Shown: positions 16,465-25,093 of the stretch, in pieces
Position numbering within the stretch: the stretch's first letter is position 1
Layout of the letters: each line of letters begins with the position of its first letter
Notes under the pieces: generated by a model
Databases searched by the model: none
The model's input: the letters and a program-made list of their open reading frames with translations, nothing else
What the model was told of the DNA's origin: nothing
Position numbers and translations under genes: made by a program
Source: a virus
Lineage: Duplodnaviria > Caudoviricetes
DNA length: 37,619 bases
IMG/VR virus record: IMGVR_UViG_3300041097_000033
Coordinates: 1-37,619 of that record
Direction: 5' to 3' (one strand)

Positions 16465-16488
16465 GTTTTTCTCCTTGGTTATGCCTAT

Positions 16489-16517
16489 AGTATAAACCTA
16501 ACGATAGGATTTGTCAA
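16489..16517 (-). promoter_or_regulatory. Sigma70 promoter with palindromic spacer
   Basis: TTGACA, 17 nt, TATACT; spacer contains CCTA-ACGA-TAGG (16497-16508). Confidence 0.85.
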
Positions 16518-16553
16518 GGGGGGAAATGGGCGATCCGTTGGGGCGTGTAATAC

Positions 16554-16608
16554 CCCGAAGTAGAACTTACCCGAAGTAGAACTTCGGGAATCCATGATCG
16601 GGAATCCA
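16554..16608. repeat. 55-bp direct repeat identical to 15310-15364
   Basis: Base-by-base comparison by eye. Confidence 0.95.
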
Positions 16609-16654
16609 AGAGGGGGGGAGGCTGATCGTTGAGTTATTTCGACTGCTTTTAGTA

Positions 16655-16776
16655 TTGACAGAATAAAAACTGTGCTACAATAGAGGCAGCAATTTTACGC
16701 ACTCCTGGCGTTGGCCAGGGGACCGTGTCGGAAGATGAGCGCCCGACTGTCATTTTGACAGTCGGGTTTTTCGTTT
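16655..16776 (+). promoter_or_regulatory. Late promoter with structured leader/terminator, copy 2
   Basis: TTGACA 16655-16660 and extended -10 TGcTACAAT (15-nt spacer). Leader shares a 26-bp identical core with 10213-10238. Confidence 0.75.
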
Positions 16777-16786
16777 AAGGATTTCG

Positions 16787-17857
16787 ATGACGTTGATCTT
16801 AGGAACAGACCATTCACACTACGATTGGGAAACCCAGGATGGGTTGTATGTTCCCATTGATTACGACGCTGCATTCCAGAACGGCTCGAGATTTACTTTC
16901 CTGAAAGTGTGCAATGGGGCGGTCGTGCAGTCGCATGCGCTGGATGAGTTGAAGCGCGCGATGGCATCCCCGTTGCTGGCAGCACCTTATAGCTGGGTAT
17001 TCCCCATTGATTACATCACCGCAGAAGTGCAGGCACGGACAGAGTTCAATGCAGTGGGACACTTGAAGTGCCCTATTGCAAAGGATCTTGAGGAAACCAT
17101 CCCGTATGCTCCACGGGATCCCAATGGGGACGATCTAAAGGCATGTATCCAGGCATATTGGCGACTCGATCCCAGCAAGAGGTTTGCAATATACAGCCGG
17201 TGGGATTATTGGCGTACTCACGTGAATATAAACGATCCATTTTGGAAAGATGAGCGGTTGTCCTATTGGTGGGCGACCGGCGATCGTGAGCCGCCCGAAA
17301 TTCCCTGGGATTTTTGGCAGGATGGCGGTTCGAGGGAACCAACAAAGTGGGGAGTGAAAAACGGCAAGCAGTTTGTGGATACCAATTGGACCAATTGGAC
17401 AATGGAAAAACTGGCGGCGTGGTTTGGCGAAGATGTACCTGTCGAACCCGAACCGCCAATCGAGGAGAACCCTATGAGTATTTCCATCGGTACGGTCGTG
17501 ACCGCCGGGTTGAATGTGCGCTCGACGCCGGATTCGTCAGTGACGACCAACATCATCGGAGCGTCGTTTCTGAAGGCGGGGGACCTGGTGCAGTATGACC
17601 GGGTCTCCGGTTTTTGGGCGCATTTGAAGGCGGCACGCCGGGCGGGCGTTGACCTGGTGCTGCCGGGTCCGGAATGTTGGGCGGCGATCGGTGAGACGAA
17701 CGGCTTTATCCGCCCGGAGTGGATGATCGATGCGGTGCCGGTCCCGATGCCCGATGCAGAGGTGACACTGGAATTATCGAGCGCAACCGTGGACGGCGAG
17801 ATTTATGTGCCGGATCACCTGGATGCGGCGAAGGTTGTTTTCAAAAAGGCAGCATGA
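16787..17857 (+). CDS. Endolysin: GH25 muramidase-like domain plus SH3b-like cell-wall-binding domain
   Basis: GTDHSHY, FTFLKV, KDLE, AIYS, FWQ and VDTN GH25 pattern; PVEPEPP linker; VVTAGLNVRSTP SH3b pattern. Confidence 0.8.
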   Translation: MTLILGTDHSHYDWETQDGLYVPIDYDAAFQNGSRFTFLKVCNGAVVQSHALDELKRAMASPLLAAPYSWVFPIDYITAEVQARTEFNAVGHLKCPIAKDLEETIPYAPRDPNGDDLKACIQAYWRLDPSKRFAIYSRWDYWRTHVNINDPFWKDERLSYWWATGDREPPEIPWDFWQDGGSREPTKWGVKNGKQFVDTNWTNWTMEKLAAWFGEDVPVEPEPPIEENPMSISIGTVVTAGLNVRSTPDSSVTTNIIGASFLKAGDLVQYDRVSGFWAHLKAARRAGVDLVLPGPECWAAIGETNGFIRPEWMIDAVPVPMPDAEVTLELSSATVDGEIYVPDHLDAAKVVFKKAA

Positions 17858-18783
17858 CGAAACTGGTTGATCTGCGCGGTAGTTTGCGAGTGGACCGCTT
17901 CGAGGAGGTGTCTGTTTCGTACGCGGCACCGGTGATCAGTCAGCCGGTTCCAATAATGCCGCCTGGGGATGTTGTCGGGTTGAGGAATGATTTTGAAGCC
18001 AACGATCCGCGGCGTTTCGTGACAGTTGGTTATTTACCGCGCGTGTATGGGACGCGGTACACCCTGCCGCAGGCGTTCAAGTTTAGATTTTCTGACCGTT
18101 GCAAAATGACCTATGAGTGGGCGAAGTTATCCTACGATCTACAAAAACATTATGCACCAAAAAGGTTTATGACTGATCCCCCGATACCGATTGGACCAAA
18201 TGATGATTGGTTGATGGGGCACACCCCCAAGAATCGCATGGATGAATGGTATTTACACCTCCATACCCACGATAGGTTTATCAACAATGGAGTAGGTTGG
18301 AATTCGCCCGGCTTTTACGACCCGGTGACGGGATTTGGCTCAGGCAACAATCCCTATGAACAGGAAGGGATTACCACTGGTGGCAATTATATGTGGTCTG
18401 CGGGGACAGACGGAAACTATGAGAGGGTGTGGTGCCTGGACTATCTCGCACCGGCTCCGCCCGTTGACCTGTTGGTAAAGTACGGCGGATTTTTTCTCTA
18501 CCACATCGCCACTCAATGCACCCCGCGTGTGATTGATAAAACACCACGGCCGGAGATAGATTGTCCCAACGGGATATTCGAAATAATCGAATTTCCCCAG
18601 GGCGAGGGAAACCTGGTGCCGTATTTGTGTCTGTCGAGGGAACCGAGCATGCCGACTATGACCTGGAACGGGCTGCATTTGCGGCAGAACATGGTGACGC
18701 GGGTGAGGGTCAAATCCTGGCCTGGGGATCCGCGCATCACATATCCATACATCCCGGAAAAACCGCTGATCGTTGAGCTGTAG
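17854..18783 (+). CDS. Hypothetical protein, Pro/aromatic-rich
   Basis: ATGA-coupled to the endolysin (MTKLVDL start). Confidence 0.7.
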   Translation: MTKLVDLRGSLRVDRFEEVSVSYAAPVISQPVPIMPPGDVVGLRNDFEANDPRRFVTVGYLPRVYGTRYTLPQAFKFRFSDRCKMTYEWAKLSYDLQKHYAPKRFMTDPPIPIGPNDDWLMGHTPKNRMDEWYLHLHTHDRFINNGVGWNSPGFYDPVTGFGSGNNPYEQEGITTGGNYMWSAGTDGNYERVWCLDYLAPAPPVDLLVKYGGFFLYHIATQCTPRVIDKTPRPEIDCPNGIFEIIEFPQGEGNLVPYLCLSREPSMPTMTWNGLHLRQNMVTRVRVKSWPGDPRITYPYIPEKPLIVEL

Positions 18784-18815
18784 GAATCAAATCTGGAATT
18801 GAGGTCGAGGGCAAA

Positions 18816-19067
18816 ATGGCAAATGGGAACAATGAGGTCCTTAAAAAAATTCGAGATGTGATCGAGAAGGGCGGGCAGATTGACCCGAATACGCGGGATG
18901 TGCTGTTGTTCAGTGCCATTGTGGATATTTATGACTGGGTCGAAAAGCTGCAACCGGTGCTGACGTTCTACAAGGTGAGTATGTTTTTTTTCAGCTCCAT
19001 CGGTTTGGGCATCCTGGGTTTCATCGGGGCGCTGCTGATGGGAAAGATCGAGTTGGTTTTTAAGTGA
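18816..19067 (+). CDS. Small protein with C-terminal TM helix (holin/XhlA-like topology)
   Basis: Hydrophobic C-terminus; located near the lysin. Confidence 0.6.
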   Translation: MANGNNEVLKKIRDVIEKGGQIDPNTRDVLLFSAIVDIYDWVEKLQPVLTFYKVSMFFFSSIGLGILGFIGALLMGKIELVFK

Positions 19068-19070
19068 GCC

Positions 19071-19730
19071 ATGCCAGAAGCGACTCCTGACCTATTTGAC
19101 AGCCTGCGATCTTTGGCGGAGAGAGACCGCCTCGGCGCGGCGGGATTAATCACAGCAGTCCGATCTGGCGATGGCTCATGGATGTCTGCATGGAGGGATG
19201 TGTTTCGTGGACGCCCGGCTGCTGTGCTGGGAGGCGGTCCCAGCCTGCCGGGTGACCTGGCGCGTGTGCCGAAGGATGCGGTGCTGATCGCTGTGAACTA
19301 TCACGGCTTCTATCACACCAAGGAGATCCTTGGACGTGACCCTGAGTTCATGGTCTATAACGACACGCCTGACACCAACCCGCTGCAGGAACAAGCTGTG
19401 CGCGAGCACAGGGCGATCCATGTCAGCCCGGAGCCGACGACCGATATCGTCTTCGATGTGCCGGTGTGGACGGGACATTTTTCGAGCAACACGGCGGCGT
19501 GGTTTGGGCTGTGGCTGGGATGCGATCCGGTGATCCTGTGTGGGATGGATTGCTACCAGGGACCGGTGAAGCACTGCCCACCATCGACCTATCACTCGCC
19601 CATGTTCGACATGCCGTTGGATTTCTACACCCGTCCCTGGGTGGAGGATTGCCGCAACAGCGTGCTGCATCCGGAGCGATTATGCGCGATGAGCGGTCCA
19701 CTGGTGAGTTTGTTTGGAGCGTACGAATGA
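19071..19730 (+). CDS. DUF115/MptE-like (Maf-type transferase fold) protein
   Basis: AAVLGGGPSL, LIAVN, SSNTAA and LGCDPVILCGMDC motifs; alternative start at 19182. Confidence 0.65.
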   Translation: MPEATPDLFDSLRSLAERDRLGAAGLITAVRSGDGSWMSAWRDVFRGRPAAVLGGGPSLPGDLARVPKDAVLIAVNYHGFYHTKEILGRDPEFMVYNDTPDTNPLQEQAVREHRAIHVSPEPTTDIVFDVPVWTGHFSSNTAAWFGLWLGCDPVILCGMDCYQGPVKHCPPSTYHSPMFDMPLDFYTRPWVEDCRNSVLHPERLCAMSGPLVSLFGAYE

Positions 19731-19900
19731 AGCTGCTGACCAAGTTTATCGACGACATTCTGTTCCTGATTGGATGCGGCTGCATCGTGTATGGGCTATC
19801 CATGTGGAATGTGGTCGTCACCTGGATCGTGGCTGGCATTCTGCTGATCGTTTTCAGCGTGATGGTCGGAAAGGCAAAGGCTCGACATGATACTGAGTGA
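19727..19900 (+). CDS. Small 2-TM protein preceding the portal
   Basis: ATGA-coupled start MKLLTKFIDD; hydrophobic; usual pre-portal position in HK97-like phages. Confidence 0.7.
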   Translation: MKLLTKFIDDILFLIGCGCIVYGLSMWNVVVTWIVAGILLIVFSVMVGKAKARHDTE

Positions 19901-21113
19901 ATTATTCAAGGGACCGTCGAAGGTCAAGGAAGACACCGGCGCCACACCGCGGCCGGATTACGCGCCTTCCTATGGATACCAAACTCAATCCGGGGAACCG
20001 GTTTCGGTTGCCGGAGCCCAGGCCATTGCCACGGCATACCGGGCTTCCAACATTATTTCGGACGATGTCGCCAAGATGCCGTTCCAGCTGTTGGAATTTG
20101 ATGGCAGGAACAAGCAGCAGGTTCAACCGGATGCGGTGACCCGGAATATAGCCTACCTGCTGCAGGTATCTCCCAACCAATGGGGCTGGACTCCATTCTT
20201 GTTTAAGAAGGCAGCCATCGATTGGCAGTTGTGGTATGGGAACGCCTATATTTGGAAACCGTCCATTTCGCCTGCCCAGCTTTTGATGCTACCTGCCAAT
20301 AAAACCCGGCCAGTCTTCGATCCCCAGGGTAACCTATGGTACGAGCATAAGTTCACCAACAATCAAGTTGCCTATATCCCGGCGGTGGAAATCCTGCACC
20401 TGCTGATCAACCCGGATGCGACCGGTTTCATGGGGCGCGGTGTGATCTCGTTTGCGCGGGAGACATTCGGGCGCAGGCTGGCCTCCAATAAGACGCAGAG
20501 CCGGTTCTTTTCCCAGGGATACATGCCTGCGGCGTACATCAAGATGGCAGGCGATCTCAGCGCGGACGAGCGAAAGAAAGTTCGGGCGGCGTACGAAGAG
20601 GCCCTCAGCGGGTCTGAAAATGCGTACCGCCTGGCGGTATTTGATAAAAAAATCGCCGAATACCAACCGATCGATATTCAGTTGAAGGATGCGCAGTTCC
20701 TGGAGAGCATCGATGCGACCGACCGGGATATCTGCAATTTCTTCGGGCTGAGCGAGCACATGCTGAACCGGGGCAAGGAAGCCTACAACAGCAACGAGCA
20801 AAAATATATCGAGTACCTGCAGGGGACGCTGGATTCGTACCTGGTGCCGTGGGAGGAAGCTGCCCGGATTAAATGGCTGACCCAGGACGAGCAATCCAAT
20901 CACCAGTTCAAGTTCGTGCGCGAGTCTCTGCTTCGGATGGACAGCAAGGCGCGGGCAGACGCGATGGCGGTCCGAATCCAGAATGGCATGATGACCCCGA
21001 ATGAAGCCCGGGAAAAAGACGACATGAGCGCGTACCCGGATGGGGACCGCTATTACATGGCAGGCAATATCCTGCCGATCGATCGAGGAGGTACTCCCAA
21101 TGGCAACGACTAA
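19887..21113 (+). CDS. HK97-family portal protein
   Basis: ISDDVAKMP, LLQVSPN, YGNAY, EILHL, DAQFLES, NSNEQ and GMMTPNEAR motifs. Confidence 0.95.
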   Translation: MILSELFKGPSKVKEDTGATPRPDYAPSYGYQTQSGEPVSVAGAQAIATAYRASNIISDDVAKMPFQLLEFDGRNKQQVQPDAVTRNIAYLLQVSPNQWGWTPFLFKKAAIDWQLWYGNAYIWKPSISPAQLLMLPANKTRPVFDPQGNLWYEHKFTNNQVAYIPAVEILHLLINPDATGFMGRGVISFARETFGRRLASNKTQSRFFSQGYMPAAYIKMAGDLSADERKKVRAAYEEALSGSENAYRLAVFDKKIAEYQPIDIQLKDAQFLESIDATDRDICNFFGLSEHMLNRGKEAYNSNEQKYIEYLQGTLDSYLVPWEEAARIKWLTQDEQSNHQFKFVRESLLRMDSKARADAMAVRIQNGMMTPNEAREKDDMSAYPDGDRYYMAGNILPIDRGGTPNGND

Positions 21114-22008
21114 TCCCAATCCCGAAGTAGAACTTCGACATCCCGAAGTAGAACTTCGACATCCCGAAGTAGAACTTCGGGAATCCGGTGCCGCACTTCG
21201 GGAATCCGGGCATGCTCCGATCCGCTGTTTCGATGGAAACGCCCAGCCGCATGAGGCGTTCTGGCGGTTTGTGAGCTCCGGGGAGAGCGAAAGCGGCCTG
21301 ACCGAACTGGAGCTGGATGGCGTGATCTCGGAATTCTCCTGGTTTGGGGATGAGATCACCCCGAAATTGTTCAAAGACCAGCTTTATGAAATCGGAAAAG
21401 GCAAACCGGTGCTGCTCAAGGTCAATTCCCCGGGCGGGGATGTGATCGCGGCGTCCCGGATGCGGGCTATCCTGACCGATTATCCGGGCCCGGTAACGGC
21501 GCGCATTGATGGTATCGCTGCGAGTGCGGCGGTGGCGGTGGTGATGGCAGCCAGCCGGGTGAAGATGATGAATTCGGCATACATGATGATCCATGATCCA
21601 GCCGTGATGGTTCTTATGGCGCAACTGGATATCGACACCCTGACCGGACTGCGGGATAAGCTGATGGCTGTTAAGGATGGCATTGTCCCGATCTACGCGG
21701 AACGGACCGGTCTCCCCGAGGACAAGCTCTCGGCAATGATGAAAGCAGAGACCTGGATGAGCGCGCGTGAAGCGGTCGAGCTCGGTTTTGCGGATGAGGT
21801 CATCCAAGCCGGGCAGGCAAAGCCGGTCCAGGCTGGATTTGTGAACTGCCTGAAGACCTATGATCATGTCCCGCCTGCGGTGATGCAGGCCATTCAATCT
21901 GTTAATCTACCGCCCGTGGTGGAGTCCAGCGCTCCCCTGGATGCGGAGATGGAACGCACGGCGCAGAGCCTGCGTGAACGTGTCAACCAAATTTTGGAAA
22001 AGGAGTAA
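21100..22008 (+). CDS. ClpP-type prohead protease
   Basis: VNSPGGDV, IDGIAASAA, MMIHDP and ETWMSAREAVELGFAD. GAGGAGG RBS before ATG 21100. Confidence 0.93.
   Translation: MATTNPNPEVELRHPEVELRHPEVELRESGAALRESGHAPIRCFDGNAQPHEAFWRFVSSGESESGLTELELDGVISEFSWFGDEITPKLFKDQLYEIGKGKPVLLKVNSPGGDVIAASRMRAILTDYPGPVTARIDGIAASAAVAVVMAASRVKMMNSAYMMIHDPAVMVLMAQLDIDTLTGLRDKLMAVKDGIVPIYAERTGLPEDKLSAMMKAETWMSAREAVELGFADEVIQAGQAKPVQAGFVNCLKTYDHVPPAVMQAIQSVNLPPVVESSAPLDAEMERTAQSLRERVNQILEKE
21119..21209. repeat. In-frame 21-bp repeats of the CCCGAAGTAGAACTTCG element
   Basis: Encodes PEVELRH-PEVELRH-PEVELRESG-AALRESG. Confidence 0.95.
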
Positions 22009-22013
22009 TTCCC

Positions 22014-22379
22014 ATGCTTGATCTGAAACCCTACTACGATGCCGTTGTGACGGCGGATGCGGATGTCAAGCGCGTGGCGAACGATATCGACACGCTTTTC
22101 CGCGAGGGAACGGATGAGGCGAAAGAAAAGGCGCTGGCTCTGCAAGAACCGCTGGATATTGCACAAGCCAAATTCAACGCCGCCACCAAGCTGTACGAGT
22201 CCCTGAAGAAGGCGAATACCGGCAGTGACGTGGCTCAACGCTTCGTTCCCGTTTCCGATGCCCCTGCCACCCCCGAGGATGATGAATCCCCGAGGATGAT
22301 GAAGCGCTCCGACTGGATCGCGCTTTCCCCCAGTGACCGTGCGACCTTTATCAAGGGCGGCGGCAAACTCGAAGACTAG
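22014..22379 (+). CDS. Probable scaffolding protein
   Basis: Coiled-coil N-terminus; C-terminal KRSDWIALSPSDRATFIKGGGKLED; lies between protease and capsid. Confidence 0.6.
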   Translation: MLDLKPYYDAVVTADADVKRVANDIDTLFREGTDEAKEKALALQEPLDIAQAKFNAATKLYESLKKANTGSDVAQRFVPVSDAPATPEDDESPRMMKRSDWIALSPSDRATFIKGGGKLED

Positions 22380-22399
22380 CGAAAGCGAGGTATTAACCC

Positions 22400-23554
22400 A
22401 TGTCCAACACCCTTACCAATCTCATCCCGACCATCTATGCCGCCAAGGACCAGATCCTGCGCGAGCTGACAGGCTTCATCCCTGCCGTCACACTCGATGC
22501 AAGCGGCGAGATGGCAGCCAAGGATCAGACGATCCGTTACCCGGTCGTGCCTGCCCTGGCAGCGGCGGATATTGCCCCGGCAGCCACCGGCCCCGACCCC
22601 AGCGCGAGCACGCAGGGCTCCGATACCATGACCATCAGCAAGGTCCGCTCGGCGACCTTCTTTTGGGAGGCTGAGGAACAGAAGGCGCTCGGCGGTCTGT
22701 ACGATGTGATCCTGAAGGATCAGTTCGTGCAGGCGATGCGCGCCCTGACCAACGAGGTCGAAGCCGATCTTGCCGCACTGTACGTGGCGGCATCGCGTGC
22801 CTATGGCACCGCAGGCACCACCCCGTTCGACAGCACCAACAAGCTGGCCTTCATGGCGCAGCTCTATAAGATCCTGGCCGACAACGGTGCTCCGCTCGGC
22901 GATCTGCAGTTGGTGCTCAACACCACAGCGGGCGTCGCGTTGCGAAGCCTGGTGGAGTTGTGGAAGGCGAACGAGAGCGGGGACAATACCCTGCTCCGCC
23001 GCGGTCTGCTCCTGCCCCTGATGGGTTTTGATGTGCGCGAGAGCGCCCAGGTCAAGACCCACACCGGTGGGACCGAATCCGGCTACCTGGTGGATCTGAC
23101 CGCCGGTTATGCGATCGGCTCGAAGACCATCCATGTGGACACCGGGACCGGCACGATCCTGGCAGGTGATGTGCTCACCAACACCAAAACGTCCCGGGAC
23201 ACCAACAAGTACGTCGTGAAGACCGGCTTTGCCGGTGATGGCGACGGAGATATCGTCCTGGCGAATCCGGGTATCCAGGTCGCGTGGGTCAATAATGATC
23301 CAGTTTCCGCGGCTGCATCCTATGCCGCCAACCTGGCGTTCAGCCGCTCGGCGATCCACCTGATGATGCGCCAGCCTGCCATGCCCGAGGGCGGTGACGC
23401 GGCCGATGACGTGCTCGCCATCACCGACGAGCAGACCGGCATCACCTTCCAGGTTGCGATGTACCGCCAGCGCCGCCGGATCGCGTACGAAGTTGGTCTG
23501 GCCTGGGGCGTGAAGGCTGTCAAGCCCGAGGCGATCGCGATCCTGCTCGGATAG
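22400..23554 (+). CDS. Major capsid protein (P22 coat-like family)
   Basis: MSNTLTNLIPTIY, LTNEVEADL, NLAFSRSAIHL and LAWGVKAVKPE; strong codon bias; GAGGT RBS. Confidence 0.85.
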   Translation: MSNTLTNLIPTIYAAKDQILRELTGFIPAVTLDASGEMAAKDQTIRYPVVPALAAADIAPAATGPDPSASTQGSDTMTISKVRSATFFWEAEEQKALGGLYDVILKDQFVQAMRALTNEVEADLAALYVAASRAYGTAGTTPFDSTNKLAFMAQLYKILADNGAPLGDLQLVLNTTAGVALRSLVELWKANESGDNTLLRRGLLLPLMGFDVRESAQVKTHTGGTESGYLVDLTAGYAIGSKTIHVDTGTGTILAGDVLTNTKTSRDTNKYVVKTGFAGDGDGDIVLANPGIQVAWVNNDPVSAAASYAANLAFSRSAIHLMMRQPAMPEGGDAADDVLAITDEQTGITFQVAMYRQRRRIAYEVGLAWGVKAVKPEAIAILLG

Positions 23555-23564
23555 GAGGCGCGCA

Positions 23565-23777
23565 ATGGCTGATCAGCAACTTGTCCTGATGAAATGCGGC
23601 GAGGCAACCATGTATGTGCCGCTGTCCAAGGTGGAGGCGTACAAGAAAGAGGGTTGGGAGGAAGTCTCCCGACCCGCGATCGTACCCGTTCCACCGGTTC
23701 CTGCTGCAGAGCCGCCCGTGGTGCATGTGGAGCCTGAATTCCCGAAGGCTGAGAAGCCGCGGGGCAGGAAATCCTAA
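23565..23777 (+). CDS. Small post-capsid protein
   Basis: AGGAGG RBS; basic C-terminus KPRGRKS. Confidence 0.7.
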   Translation: MADQQLVLMKCGEATMYVPLSKVEAYKKEGWEEVSRPAIVPVPPVPAAEPPVVHVEPEFPKAEKPRGRKS

Positions 23778-23784
23778 TCCAGTT

Positions 23785-23819
23785 CAGGGATGGGCAGGCC
23801 GTCCTCCTGCCCATCCCTG
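23785..23819 (+). terminator. Strong 14-bp hairpin after the capsid genes (no U-tract)
   Basis: CAGGGATGGGCAGG/CCTGCCCATCCCTG. Confidence 0.5.
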
Positions 23820-23835
23820 CTGGCAAGGTTGAACG

Positions 23836-24345
23836 ATGGCAAACATTCTGAATGCCGCAGAGGCTGCCAATTTCATACGATCCACGACCGACGACGCGGT
23901 GATGCTGCAACTGCTCCCGCTGGCTGACACCTATCTCAGCCAGGCAACAGGGCATGATTGGGCGACCGATGCCACGAAGCACAACACTGCCAAAATGGCG
24001 GCTGGCGTGCTGCTGACCTATTGGTATGACAATCCGAATGCCATCGGGCAGGCGCCTGAGGCGTTGACCGCCCTGCTTGTGCAATTGGAAGCGATTGCGC
24101 TCAAATACCGGAAATACCTGTTCGAGGGTTTGAACACAGCGGGATCGATCCCGCTGCCGGGCGCGCGAGCGGGTGACGTTGTGATCACGTTGACGGGTGT
24201 TTATGGCGTGGCAGGTGATCAGTCGGCAAAGTTCGAAGCGACGGTCAGTGATGATGACCAGATCGAGCAGACCGCGACCGACGATCTGTCGGATAACCAG
24301 TATGTGGTGGTGCTGAAGCACCCCGCGGATGATGTGAGCGCGTAA
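23836..24345 (+). CDS. Head-tail adaptor (HK97 gp6-like) with C-terminal extension
   Basis: EAANFIR..DD, ADTYLSQATG and LLTYWYDN motifs. Confidence 0.8.
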   Translation: MANILNAAEAANFIRSTTDDAVMLQLLPLADTYLSQATGHDWATDATKHNTAKMAAGVLLTYWYDNPNAIGQAPEALTALLVQLEAIALKYRKYLFEGLNTAGSIPLPGARAGDVVITLTGVYGVAGDQSAKFEATVSDDDQIEQTATDDLSDNQYVVVLKHPADDVSA

Positions 24346-24701
24346 TGGCTGATTTCACCGCGCATGCCGGGCAGCTCCGAACGAGAATCACGTTCCAGCA
24401 GCCGACCGTGGCACAAGGCACGGACGGCGCGCAGGTGCCATCCTGGTCGAATGTGGCGACCAATCCCACGGTTTGGTCGCATTGGGTACACGATCATGGT
24501 CAGGAGGCACTGCAGAGTGACGCTGGCAAATCGGTCGAGCGCGCCACGGTGACGGTCCGCTACCGGAGCGACATCAAGGCGAGCTGGGCGATCCTGGATC
24601 CGAACAGTTCCCGGTGGCAGATCATCTCGGCGCCGGAGAATGTCCAGAACCTGAACCGATGGACAGTGTTCCGAGTTGAGCGCGTGAAAGGAACCGTATG
24701 A
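24345..24701 (+). CDS. Head closure protein (SPP1 gp16-like)
   Basis: AGQLRTRITFQQP and VTVRYRSDI. Confidence 0.85.
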   Translation: MADFTAHAGQLRTRITFQQPTVAQGTDGAQVPSWSNVATNPTVWSHWVHDHGQEALQSDAGKSVERATVTVRYRSDIKASWAILDPNSSRWQIISAPENVQNLNRWTVFRVERVKGTV

Positions 24702-25093
24702 CCGTCCGGTTTCAGATGGACCTGAAAGGCATGGCTGAATACCTGGAGCAGATCGCCAGGGCAGGAAAAGACGTCGACGCGGCTGCGGCGAAAGCCGTCG
24801 CGGCAGGCGGTGATGTTGTACACGATTCCATGCTGGAGAAGGTACCCGTTTTGACCGGCAATCTTAAGTCAAAACTCGAGCGGACCGCACCGACCCAGGA
24901 CGGTAATTTCATCTCTGTGGAGGTTGGCATGAGCAGGAGCACCGATGCAGAGACAGCCATCTACGGCAACGTTCAGGAATTCGGATCGGCAACCAACAAG
25001 GCTCAGCCCTATTTGCGCCCAGCTTTTGACGAGAATAAAGCCCGAGTGCGTGAGGCTGAAAAGGCAGTCCTGAAGGAAGAGGGTTTCGTATGA
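24698..25093 (+). CDS. HK97 gp10-like tail completion protein
   Basis: VPVLTGNLK and QEFGS...AQPYLRPAFD. Confidence 0.88.
   Translation: MTVRFQMDLKGMAEYLEQIARAGKDVDAAAAKAVAAGGDVVHDSMLEKVPVLTGNLKSKLERTAPTQDGNFISVEVGMSRSTDAETAIYGNVQEFGSATNKAQPYLRPAFDENKARVREAEKAVLKEEGFV

Noticed and set aside
16621-18777. 13-bp direct repeat GCTGATCGTTGAG (16621 and 18765) bracketing promoter, lysin and next gene
   Set aside because: Several 13-mer matches are expected by chance in 37 kb. The position is suggestive but there is no other support.
19110-19150. Glycine or c-di-GMP riboswitch (GGAGAGAGACC-like string)
   Set aside because: Other conserved aptamer elements are missing.
20334-21897. Long minus-strand ORFs opposite portal and protease (also opposite capsid, tail and TMP)
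   Set aside because: Shadow ORFs of GC-rich, codon-biased genes, with no RBS or recognisable motifs.
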